From contig NC_068991.1 in NCBI RefSeq assembly GCF_001194135.2, positions 43,527,018-43,591,017 of the forward strand: 64,000 nucleotides of DNA. The letters run 5' to 3'. Made by a program: the position numbers and the translations under genes. The stretch's first letter is position 1. The number at the start of each line of letters is the position of its first letter. The notes under the pieces are model-generated. The model was not told the DNA's origin. It did not search any database and saw nothing but the letters and a program-made list of their open reading frames with translations. The DNA is from Octopus bimaculoides (lineage: Eukaryota). Positions 13,301 to 25,700 of this stretch are shown here, in pieces.

Positions 13301-13559
13301 TGCGTGTGTGTGTGTGTGTGTGTCCCCACTGAAATTAGCAACTGAATCACCTTCAAATTTCACCATACCATCTTAAAAAACAAAATAGTAGACACTGTAC
13401 TATCTTTAAAAAAAATAAGAACTTAATGGGCAATGGACATGGTGGGAATCCCTTTGATTAAACTTCCATTCAATCAGGATTGATCTGCTTGAATGGAAGC
13501 ATGATCTAAGCAACAACAAAATCACAAAATGATATCCTACAGAATATCACAGAATATTG

Positions 13560-13950
13560 GAAAACATCTTACTTTCAACTTCATTCTGAATTATTCACAC
13601 CTGATATCTAGCTTCTTTTTTAACAGCACAATATTGTTCCATGTTCCCCAATTTCATCCAGTCTTTCCAGTCTATTTCTTAAATTTTATAACTTGATCGA
13701 CTGTCCCATTCCACCACCATATCTCCTTCTGTCTGACTAGAATCTTGCTCCAACTAGATTTAGTCTGCTGTTGCTCTCATAAAAAAATTTCAGTTGTTCT
13801 CTATGTTATAGATCTCTATCTCTTCCTCAGCATAAGTGCCATCTAGAGCTTCTCTGAACCTATGCCTGACAGAGACATCTTTCAGCTCCCAAACTTCCAT
13901 TTTCAAGATTATCTTGTGTCACTGCGAATTAGGTCCAACTAGTTCTTACT
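13560..13950 (-). mobile_element. RTE-clade LINE ORF2 fossil
   Basis: Minus-strand peptides LKMEVWELKDVSVRHRFREAL and QKEIWWWNGTVDQVIK match the RTE inter-domain motifs WxLK and ETWWWN. Confidence 0.65.
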
Positions 13951-13966
13951 ACAGGAGATATAGATC

Positions 13967-14003
<37 letters not shown>

Positions 14004-14756
14004 CATATATACATGTGTAGCAGTGATTCAGAACCAAACCACTAGGTAGCTGGTCAGACATCACAATCAAACCACAATAGTTTCACATGATCAATCTATT
14101 AAGCAATCAATCAATCTCAAGCCATAAAATGATTCAATCTTCCAGAATCTTCTACTTGAGCCCTATAAAAGTGCAGTTTTGGGCAGTAATTGCAGAATGT
14201 TGATGCAGCTATGCATTATGTTTCTATTCTTGATACATCCAGCCAATTAAGACAGATAGCCAACAGTAGACAGGAAATTTCATGCCCATGAATTTAGCGC
14301 AGTTATTTTCTAGATGTGACGGGCCAACCACAATTGCTGTATCAGTAAGCTTGTAAACTCCAAGAAGTATGTCTCTCCCACTATGTTATTATTACTGACA
14401 GTATTTTCAAAAGACCAACACAGTTAAAACTCTGTTTGTAATAATAAAACCTGTTAATTGCCCATGGATGTTATCAGTTATTTCTTCACAGAGTCCAAGA
14501 AATATATTTTCATTCAGCATTTCTACCAGTCATCATCTCAGACCAGCCAACAACAAAAACAACACAACCCACAACACAAGATTTTCAGTATTTAAAAGCA
14601 AGAGTATAATAGCAAAAATAAAGGTAATATGGGGATGATTAATAAATCTCTTAGTTGGTATAATCATCCCAAAGAATGAAAAAATATGCCAAATTTGAAC
14701 AGGACATATCTCCCTTGCAAAATACAAAAGACAGAGATATACAGGGAGTAAAGGGC

Positions 14757-14985
14757 AGGCAAGCTGGCAGAATCGTTAGCACTCCAAGCAAAATGCTTAG
14801 CAGTATTTCATCTGCTGTTACATTCTGAGTTCAAATTCTGCCAAGGTCGATTTTGCCTTTCATCCTTTTGGGGTCAATTAAATAAGTACCAGTTATGCAC
14901 TGGAGTTGATGTAATCAACTTAATCCCTTTGTCTGTCCTTATTTGTCCCTTCTATGTTTAACCCCCTGTGGGCAATAAAGAAATA
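14757..14985 (+). mobile_element. SINE family B copy with TGTCCCTTCTATGT...TAAAGAAAT tail
   Basis: Complete head, core and tail, matching the 4641-4995 type. Confidence 0.85.
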
Positions 14986-16344
14986 GATATACATAGAGTA
15001 GTGCAAAGAGAGAAAAGTGAAAAGGGCACAGAAAGAGAGAGGGGACAAAAAGAATGAGACGAGGNNNNNNNNNNAGGAGAACAGAATGAGAGAGAAGGAA
15101 ACAGAAAGAGAGAAAAGAAGAGACAGGAAAGGAGATGGGCATAAAGAGAGAGGAGGGTAAAAAGCGAGGGCATTTATATACAATTTCCAGCATTTAATGA
15201 ATGAGGGCTTAATTGTAAAAATAAAGATAACATGTCACAACAATTAAACACTTAGCTGATACAGGCATACATAAATATCTCTGAGAATTGGAGAAATATG
15301 CAATACTCATGAGTCTTCAAATTTGAACATAACATACCTTTCTTCTGAAATGAATTTTCACAGAGGAAGCTGTAAAGAGAGAAAGATGGGTGAGAGATGT
15401 GAAGTGATATAGGGAGCAAAGACAGTAAGAGAAATGTAGAATGTTACAGAGAGAAAGGGGGAGAGAGAAGGAGAGGATGCAGGGTGATACAGAGAGAGAC
15501 AGACGGACAGACAGACAAAGGTAATACATAAAGAACCACCAAAATTTAAGCATGGCAGATCTCCTTGTAAAATAAATTTTCAGAGAGGAAGTGATTGCTA
15601 GAAAGAGAAAAAGAAAGAAAAAATACTACACAGAGAAAAATGTAGATAGATAGAGAGAGAAGGTGGAAGAGGGACAGTATACATATACAATTTGCAACAT
15701 TTAAGGGCAAGGGCTTAACAGCAAAAATAAATATGGAATATAGAGATAATAATTAATTGTTTAGTTGATGCAAGCATATTTTGGCCCATTCTTAGAACCA
15801 GCCACTTCACAGTGGTTGGCCTGGAGAACTGGGCCAACCCTTTTACAGTGTGTACTGAATGTTTTTATTGCACCACTGGCACCAGGGAGATTATCCCATC
15901 AGAAAGGGATTAAAGATACATATGAGTACCTTTGTGGCCTGTATCAGTTGTTATTCAGAGTTACTGACCTCCTAAATAGTTAACCTGCAATGTTTGACAT
16001 CCTTTCTACAGTTGAATGCTGCTCCTGTTGCCAACAACTTTACAAAGTGTACCATGTGTATTTTATTGTGCAACAGACACCAGAGAGGTTGTTGTATGCA
16101 AGGGGAACAAAGCAGGTCTTGTCTGCTCTAAATTAGTTCTTATTTAGAATTTAAATGCATAGTCAGTCAATGAGCATTTCAAGAACCCCATTTTGGTCAT
16201 ATGTAGATGTCCTTAGCTATCAAGTGTGAGATATTGAGATGGTATGAAGCACCTTGCCTTAAAGAATGTTTCTATTCTGCAGGTAGGAGTATGGAAGGAG
16301 GAGTTATAACAGTAGTATGTTGTCAATTCAGTCCTCTATACTTC

Positions 16345-17155
16345 TCTTCTAGGTAGCCTTGTGATCATGTGACTGTCACTGTTATTACAATCTGAATTCA
16401 AATCTCATTGAAGCCAGCTTTACCTCTCACCCTTTCAAGGTTGATAAAATAAAGTACCTGTTCAAGTACTGAAGTTGATTTACTCTTCTAACCTACATCA
16501 CTAAATTGCTGGTCTTGTACCTAAATGAGAAACAATTATTTCAATATTAGAGTGATTGGCTGGGCAGTGGATTAGCAGTGTCATTAGAGCACTCAACAAA
16601 ATGCCTTGCAGTGTCTATTCTGACCTTTTACATACTAAACGCGAATACTAAAAAGATCAACATTTGCATTTCATCTGTCTATTATCAATAAAAGAAAGTT
16701 AGATCAAATAAGTACTGGGGTCAACATAATCGATTTTTTTCCACTCGCCACAAACTTCTGACTTTGTCTAATTTAGAAACAATTATTAGAGTGATAAATC
16801 ATCATAAAGTGCCTGACTTAATACTATATCACATTTAGTAATACTGTACCTTAGAACATATCCATAGATTTTAGCCAGCACTGTACGTAACAGACAGATA
16901 TAAACATCATGTCTTTATATCAATATTTTCATGTCAATGTAAGGCGGCGAGCTGGCAGAGTCGTTAGCATGCTGGGCAAAATGTTTAGAGGCATTATGTC
17001 CATCTTTATGTTCGGAGTTCAAATGCTGGGGTTGGCTTTGCCTTTCATCCTTTCAGGGTCAATAAAATAAGTACCAGTTGATCACTGAGATCATTGTAAT
17101 CAGCTTGCCTCCAACCCCAAACTTGCTGGCCTTGTACCAAAATTTGAAATCAATA
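16345..17155 (+). mobile_element. Cluster of about 3 decayed SINE family B copies
   Basis: Core motifs at about 16430, 16670 and 17030. Best-preserved copy is 16940-17155. Confidence 0.7.
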
Positions 17156-17656
17156 TTTTCATGTCATTACTCGTAACTTTTTTAAGTGTTAAGCCCATTG
17201 GTGTTGAATTTGATTTTCATGTGGGGTGTAGTAGTTGTGGATTTAATAGGATTTAATAGTTATATGTTGCAAGGGGTTAAAATTTAATAGGGAAAAAGAT
17301 AATTTCATTTTATAATGACAAGGATATGAAAGGCTAAGTTGATCAAAGCATGATCTGAACTGCCACTCTGTAGATTCTGAATGGTGCAGCCAACAAGTAT
17401 CGGTAACAATCCTCTTACTTACTTCTCTGTCAACTCAATAAAAAAACTTAGAAAATATGGCACTGTTTATTTAAGAACAGCTGTCCAAAATGTTTATGTA
17501 AATCACAGTAATTTTAGATCAAGCAATTTATCCAAACAGGTGCCAATATTCATTGAACAGTCGAACTGTTTATTGTGAATAAAATCTGCCTAATTCATAT
17601 TTCATTTCTACTTCATTTCAGTTTCTTGGAATATAACTCAGATGTGAGTGCGGAAT

Positions 17657-17704
<48 letters not shown>

Positions 17705-18149
17705 TACTCTTCCCCACATATATATACATATATATGTATATACATGTAAGCATGTATGCATGTATGTATGTATGTATGTATGTATTTATGTATAGCTTAT
17801 TGCTCAGGGGATGTTTATATTTTCTAGAATTACTCATTTCAAAGTTCAACTCTATCAGAGTTATACTTACAAATAGTATGAAATCTTATGGGTGAAGTTT
17901 AAATACTTGATACTCATTCTCCAATCACATACATTTTATTTATTTATTTATCTGTCTGTCTGTCTGTGAGTGGGGCAAAGGGAAGAGAGGGCGGAAGCAT
18001 TCAACTTGGAAGTTATTGGCCATGTCTAAAAACATGATAGTTCTGAAAAAACACCTCCACATTTGCTACCCACTTTGCATTCAACTCTACAATACATACA
18101 CTAGTTAAATCTCCTCCGAAACTTTTCCTTTCCACTTCATCAGGCTCAA

Positions 18150-18900
18150 TACTGAAAGCATCATCTGTCATTTCAAACCACCAAAGCCACTGACCCTAAT
18201 AATGTTTTCAAACCATGCAACCAAGAGCTTGACTAAATTCTCTCTCTCTCTCATCTATCTATCTCGAGCTATCCTAATGTTTTGAAGTGTGTGGTGTATC
18301 CTATTCCCCAAAAGAATAAACCCTCTGACTCCACCAACTATTGTTGTATTGCTCTCATTTCCAACATTTGAAAGGTGATGGAAATAGTCATTAATAACCA
18401 TCTTGTCCAATACTTTGAATCCCTCTTTCTCTTAATGTCCACCAGTATGGCTTTCATAAAATCAAACCCTCCTGTATCACTCACCAGGAGGTCCTCAGCT
18501 GAGAAAAATTTGGTGAAAACAGTGTTTATTGCACGTCAGTAAAGCATTTGACCATATCTGACCCATGAATCTTCAAACTAAACTTCCTGTTTATGGGCTT
18601 CCTCTATCTCTCAGTTCTTGATCAGAAGCTTCCTGTCAGATCACAGCACCATAACATGTGCTGATGGAACTCTCTCTCTCTTCAATCTACACTTAGTCAA
18701 CTCTAGTGTGCTTCAAGGTTGTTTCGAAATCCACATCAATCTTCATATTCATCTATAAATTACATACCCATACCATTACATCTACCTACACCCACCCTAT
18801 GCAAATGACACTAGTCTTTATTCTTCCTTAATCTTCCATGCTTGGGCATCATCCACATGTGTCTAGACACTCAATGTCAAACTTACACTAACACCATGAA
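18150..18900 (+). mobile_element. CR1/L2-like LINE reverse transcriptase fossil, continuing at about 20240-20430
   Basis: Peptides PIPQKNKPSDSTNYCCIALISNI*KVMEIVINNHL, HQYGF, KAFDHI (18541), SVLQG (~18705) and YANDT (~18798) occur in RT order. LGLTI and RKYLSPQQL lie near 20265-20385. Confidence 0.75.
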
Positions 18901-19009
18901 CAGAGACCATAAAAATATTCTCTAATGAGGCTGTTCCAATCTTCTCTTTTTCAACAGCACAAAAACACAATTACTACATTTAAAAATAAAAAGTAATTGC
19001 TCCCTATCT

Positions 19010-19730
19010 TCAGGGCTAGTCCTACAATGTTCATCCCTTTCCTCCAGTCCTACAACATGTGTCCCCTTCTCCCAGGCCTACAATCTACTCGCTTTCTTGC
19101 AGCTCTTAAATGTGCTGCCTCTTCTCCCAGTCCTACAACAGGAGCTTTCTTCTCCCAGCCTTACAACATGAGCCCTCTTCTCCCAGCCCTATGACATGAG
19201 ACCTCTTCTCCCAGCCCTATGACATGAGCCCTCTTATCCCAGCCCTTCAATATGAGCTTTCTTCTCCCAGCCCTACAATGTGAGCCCTCTTCTCCAAGCC
19301 CTAAAATGTGAGCCCTCTTCTCCAAGCCCTAAAATATGAGCCCTCTTCTCCAAGCCCTAAAATGTGAGCCCTCTTCTCCAAGCCCTAAAATGTGAGCCCT
19401 CTTCTCCCNNNNNNNNNNNNCAATGTGAGCCCTCTTCTCCAAGCCCTAAAATGTGAGCCCTCTTCTCCAAGCCCTAAAATATGAGCCCTCTTCTCCAAGC
19501 CCTAAAATGTGAGCCCTCTTCTCCAAGCCCTAAAATGTGAGCCCTCTTCTCCCAGCCCTACAATGTAAGCCCTTTTCTCCCACCCCTACAACATGTGCCT
19601 TCTTCTCCCAACCCTACAACATGAGTCCTCTTCTCCCAACCCTACAATGTGAACTTTCTTCTCCCAGCTCTACAATGAGCTCTTTCTTCCAGCCCTACAA
19701 CATGAGCCCTCTTTTCCTAGCCTTACAGTA
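19010..19730. repeat. 28-bp minisatellite (CCCTAAAATGTGAGCCCTCTTCTCCAAG) with degenerate flanks
   Basis: CTCCAAG recurs at 19292, 19320 and 19348 (period 28). Internal N gap at 19409-19420. Confidence 0.9.
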
Positions 19731-21434
19731 TACACCTGCTTCTCTCAACCCTATAATTCACTTGCCTTTGCAGTATTCCCCTTTCTCCCAGTCTTGCATT
19801 GTGTGCTCCCTTTAAGAATTTTTTCTTCAAATTCCTCCAGTCATCACTCTTTTTTTAGGTCAGCTGAAAAATGCAGTCAAAAAATTTTAATTAACTTGCA
19901 AACCAGAAATCTGTTGTTTTATGATTATACATATCACTGAATAAATCTGTTATCTGGCAAAATTTTAAATGTCTCATTCCAAATTATTCGACAAGTCATA
20001 ACATCACATGATCCTTTCATCTTCCCAACTCTATCCCACATTTTCATCTCTACCAGGGTTCACTTCATCTGTTCTTTTACTGAGATTTCATGTTTTTACC
20101 TGAATTACAAAGTTTTGTTTAACTTGTTCAGAATTTGTGTGGTACCTCCAGATTTTAGCACAATAAATAATCACCTAATTTTCCTAGGGTGTAGTGCCAG
20201 CCCTGCCCATCCCTAACTAAGCATTAACATGTAAATAGAACCCTCAGTGTCACTACAAATGCTAGGCCTCACCATCATTGAGGATCTCTCTTGATGAATG
20301 CACATCTATAACATAGCAAAGACCTGCCTTCCAACTCAGAGTCAGAAAATACTTAAGTCCCCAACAACTACCAAGCCTTTACAAAGCTCATACATTACAA
20401 AATTGGCATGAGTTCAAGGGATAAGCTTGCAGATGTGATTCTGATATTAATGTAAAGTACATGCTACTTGTTGATCTGGACTGTCGTATGGAGATTCTTT
20501 AAGTCTATCTTAACCACAAAACCTTAATTTATATGTTCTTTTGTCAAAGTAATAATATATTGCTAATTTTTTTTTTTTTTTTATAGGGAAAATTATGATC
20601 AACTTGTTCCAAATTACTTGTGCTAACAAATAAATCCTCCTTATCATTGCTATCATCATCAAAACTACTATCACTATCAATATCTTTATCATAAAGTGAA
20701 TTTGCCAAGTCATTATGCCACAGTTGATACTTTAAGCATTGCAGACTCTTTTCAAATCTCTCTTGGTTTGGTTGTAGTTTTCATTCTTCTAGGATCAGAG
20801 AAATTGAAAACAGTAATATAAGGGACTCCATTCAATCTATTAAAAAAAAAACACTTGTACTTAAAGGAATGATTAGTAGTTACATATGATCATAAAGTCA
20901 GTGATTTGTTGCCCTCGTCAGTATAACAACCAATATAGCTTTTGTAGCCGCTTTAAAATGTACAAGTGCATATGTTTCGAAGACAAAATATAGTTCTTCA
21001 ACGAAATAATGAAGACTCCTTTGCGTAGTAATAGCAAAATGCGATAGCCTTAACTCAACCAGTCAACCATAGCTAAAACGCAGAAATAATCGATCCAGAA
21101 TGGTTTTATTCTGACAATATTTTTCACATTACTATATCTGCTTCGACTGCCTCGTGACTGGCGAAAATTTGGAAAGAAGACATTAATTTTCTCATAAGTG
21201 AGAAGATGATTCATATCTATACTGGTTCGCCGCCTAATGTATCACATGGCTAGCCGTGCAATAAAACTAGAACATCGGGAAGTCTGAACATTTGTATATA
21301 AATAAAGACGATTCACAAAATTTTACACTTTAATACCAATAATAAATCAAAATTAATCGAATAGTTTCTTTTTCTCTTCATCTATAACACATATATATGA
21401 ATATAGTTAAAAGATTCTATTAATGTATAGATAT

Positions 21435-21501
21435 TGACGTCTGCTTCCATTCTCTGGAATTCCTATCTCTCTACGCATGCGTACTTGCTAAAGAACTTCC
21501 G
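21435..21501 (+). promoter_or_regulatory. Candidate promoter motifs upstream of the ARL14EP-like gene
   Basis: TGACGTC (CRE-like, 21435), perfect palindrome TACGCATGCGTA (NRF1-like, 21472-21483) and ACTTCCG (ETS-like, 21495) in a locally CpG-richer region. Confidence 0.45.
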
Positions 21502-22329
21502 TTGGCAAATTTGGAATATTGAATTAGGTAGAGCGATTTACTTGAGTTTATTTTATCTTTCGTTTTTATATTTATTTTTATCAACAGAATCATTGCTTAG
21601 TATTTCTTGAATTTTGTGAATTAGAACAGGAGTTTTTGTTTAACATGATTAGTTAATATGCTTTGTTGTTCAGCGCCATTTTCAAAGTCTCGCTTAGCAG
21701 CATGCATTCTGAGCGATCAAAACAAAATGAGTGGAACTTACAATTTTGCCAAATGTTTACTACTGACAAATTTATGTCTACTCACTGGTCTAGAAAATTG
21801 TTTCGGATTCATTCATTAATTCATTCATTTAATGCAAACCAACCATAACAATCGTTGATACTTGGGGTCTTTTTTATCCCCTGTGTGTGTGTATTTTTTT
21901 AAAAAATAAATATTAAACGAATATAGATGATTCTGTGTAAATCACAAGCGAAAGAATTATAATGCTCCTACTGTCTTACTTGCGTGTATTTAAACGCCAG
22001 AACAATAGAGGAGCCATCGACTTGCAAAGAGTAGCTCAGAAGCAATGAATGAATACTTAGAGACAACAGATGAAGCGACTAAAATGAGATCGAACTGAAA
22101 AATTGAATCTGTAACCAAGTAATGTTGATGAAACAAAGGAATTAGCCTCGGAACTTTTTCCATTCTTTGATTTTTCAGTCATTCTTCTATTAACAATGGA
22201 ATCACTGCTAATATCACTTTTAAATAGGCTTTTAGCCTCCTCGGTTAGATTGCGAAAAGCTTGCAAAGAAGAAAACTGTAAAATGGAACAGACAAAGTAA
22301 CTATAAGACGAAGACACTCAGTTTCTGAA

Positions 22330-22746
22330 ATGCTTGAAGACGAAGGACAAAAAACAACGATGGATAAGACCAATAACATATCCAAAAGTTCGAATGATCA
22401 TAGTGTTCCTGTTTCCCCGAAATCTGATCACTCCAATAGTAATGATATTGACAAACAGTGCCAGACAGAAGAGAACACTTTAAGTGTGTCCTCAGACAGT
22501 TCGATCGCGAGTGTTAAAGTAACCCCTCCGAAAAAAACCGGTCGCCAGCTTACAAAAGTGCAAGAAATGGACAGAGAATTAACTGGGTGGATAAATGGTA
22601 TTCATGCCGACGGTAAACTCAACGAGCTGACTCGTGAAATGATCATTGAAAAGGGCCGGCTTATTGCCAAAATGAAAAAGATCTTGGATTTTGCTGGAAC
22701 AACGAATTGGTACACAAGATTTTTAAGGCGGAATTTCTCCGAGACT
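22330..22746 (+). CDS. ARL14EP: Coding exon 1 of HTH(CENP-B/Tc5)-ARL14EP fusion gene
   Basis: ATG at 22330 after an in-frame stop at 22279. EMDRELTGWI...TREMIIEKGRLIAK...FAGTTNWYTRFLRRN fits the HTH_Tnp_Tc5 pattern. Canonical donor ACT|GTAAGT at 22746/22747, phase 0. Confidence 0.8.
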
Positions 22747-25700
22747 GTAAGTATCATCTTTCTAGATTGTTTTTCATATACTTCAGAAGAATCACTTATT
22801 TAAAATTCATTCATCTGCTCCGTTTTATTTATTCTTTTCTTCCATATCTCGATGGCTGTAAGATCGCTTTGTCATGACAATTTTAAAGTTTATTAGAATT
22901 CTTTATATGCTTGTACTTAAATTTAAGACAAAATGTGTTGGCTGTTACATAGGAGTAGAGAAAGAACGAGAAAAACCATAGAAGTTATCATTGAGCTGAG
23001 ATCAAACATTTTCATCAGCCACTTTTGCCAGTTACATGTAAATACACATCTTGTTAACACATTGGACTAAATATCTTTCTAAATGATAATTAAGTTATTG
23101 TTAACATATTTAAATCTAATAAGCTAAAAAATAAATTTAATTAAGAAATACTTAAGCATGGAAGCAAAGGTGATAGCTCAAGTAGGGGAGACAAATCTAG
23201 ACAGGTTTCGCGTTATTACACCTCCTCTGCAAAGCATAAACTTTGCCATATTTTCCACAATAGTGATGAGAACCACTAAACAGACATGAAAAGATTTTTT
23301 TTTTTTACTCAGATATGTCAGAAAGCAATAGTTTGAAGTTGGTGTTAATGTGTTGACACTAACTTCATAAGTTAGTGTTACTGCAGTGAGCATCAAAAGT
23401 CTAATGAGAAATATTTTACTCGTAGTGGGAAGGAAAAGACAACATTAGCTCCATTACTGATACTATTTTAATCATTTCAGTAAGCACAAGACAACTGTTA
23501 GATATTTTTTTTCTGCCCATGTTTACACAAACCAAAATATCAAAGTAATTAACATCAGTTATATTCACATATAGTTCTAAAACTTCTTTATTCTCTATTT
23601 CTAGACATATGTTAAAATAAAAAGATTTTTTCCATTCATTTTAACTATGTAGTAATAATAAATCAGTGATCAAATCTTTATATATTTAGCTATCATATGT
23701 ACCATCTGTTTAACTGACAGTAGATTATATATAGAGACTACAGTAAAATAGGAAACAAATAAAACTACTGTATATATTTTAGTAACACACTCTCAACATA
23801 TGTTCTCTGTTCATGATGATCTCTCAACCATATCTTGACACCTTCAGTGATGTGTCCTTTAAATTCAAATGAACACAGGAAAGAACTTTTTTTTAACCTC
23901 CATTTTTATTTTCCTATTTTTAATAATCCATATTCATTTTTCCATACACAATTTATGTTGGATGGTTTTGCAAAATTTGATGGCATGAGGCATTACACAA
24001 CAAAGAGTAGTAGTGATGAAGTAGGAGGACATATCTAAGAATTTTGAGTACAACTTGAGATGACTGAATAGTGAGACACATTAAAAGATGCATCTTTTAA
24101 TGCATTCTCACACTTGTCTTCAGTTCTTCAGACAGCTTTTTAATGAACTAATTCTGTCTGTGATAAAGGTCAATGAAATATAATGCAAGTCTTTGGCAAT
24201 GGGTTGATAGAATTGTTAGAGCAAAAGGAAAAATGCTTTGTTGTGTTTGTCCCAGCTCTTTGCTCTTAGTACCCAGGTAGATGTGTCAAATTTGTATCCC
24301 ACTGACAAGATAGTGTTTTGTTTTTAAAAAAAATCTGTAGAAAGAGAACTTGAAACTACATTTCTATTTTTACATGAAAACTCCATGACATCAGATAGTG
24401 CTTGTTGTGGAAGTCACTTGATGTTGTTCACAATGTGATGTCATAGAAAAGAAAGGTTGGTCTAACACACCACCCAGTTTAACACAATTACTGGTTTAGA
24501 GTGTTTAACAGCTTAACACTGTCATGGGTTTTGACTCCCATTTTACTCCACATCTATGTTTTTGATGGAACCATTCTGGTTTGATATGTGATCTGGATCC
24601 TATTAGGATAGGTTTAGCAATTCATCTTTTGATGCAGAGCAGCATGTCATTACCTGGATATTACAGTAGGAAAACTCGTAACTATGAGGTTAAAATTATC
24701 AAAAAATTTGTTTAAAGAAATTGTTTTGTTGCTATTAGATTTTCCTGATGCCATGTAAAAACTCTGGTGATGGTGCCATGTAAAAAACACCCTGTATACT
24801 CTGTAAAGTGTTTGACATTAGGAAGGACATCTAGCTGTAGAAATGAAGCCAAAACAAATTATGAAACCTGGTACAGCCCCTGTCCCTGCTAGTTCCTATC
24901 AAGCCATCCTAACCATGCCAGCAAGGAAAACACATGTTAAATGTTGATGATGATATTGGGGTTGATGTAATCAATTATTAGTTTTTACTCTAAATTTGTT
25001 GCTTTCTGTTAATGTGACCAAAACATAATTATTATTTTCATGGACCTCTGAAGTTTGCTAGAGGGAATGTATAACTCCAGTTTTCAGTCTGCTCAGCAGG
25101 TGTGTTTTCTCATGGACATAATGCAATCTCTGCAAGCCAGTAAATAAAAACACTTGTCTATTTATAATAATATTGTTGTTATTTAGCTCTAGATCAGTTT
25201 TGATTCAACAGGCCTATGATCAAAGTCATTCCAACCATGATCGTCCATTGTTTTTGTATTCCTAAAACTAGATGTTTCCATCATTTTGTAAGAGGAAATA
25301 TAGTTGTTATTTGTAACAGGTTGAGTAACCTTTTTGGCTCATTACAATACTGTTGTTTATAGCAGTGAATTATGCCACCTTGTTGTATCCACTTGCTTTA
25401 TTTTTTTATCTAAATTTCTTTCTGCCACTCCTAAATTCTTAACTTTTATAAAAACATCTGCAACATAAGCTAATGAGAGTGTCACTGTTTGGTTACTTGA
25501 CATAGTAGGCAAATCGCCCTCAAATCACCACACTCTGTCATCTTAAGTAAGGAAGGGAGACATTAAATAATCTTGTCCTACACACCACTAAAAAGAGTGG
25601 GTGGCCATGACTAGAATGCTATTGACCATAGGCCTGCTTAATCAAAATTGATTTGAATCTAAACAACAACACCTGCAACAGTTAAGTTTTTGAATAGGAG

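Noticed and set aside
19010-19730. CRISPR-like regular repeats
   Set aside because: The units are contiguous with no unique spacers, the DNA is eukaryotic and no cas genes are present. It is a minisatellite.
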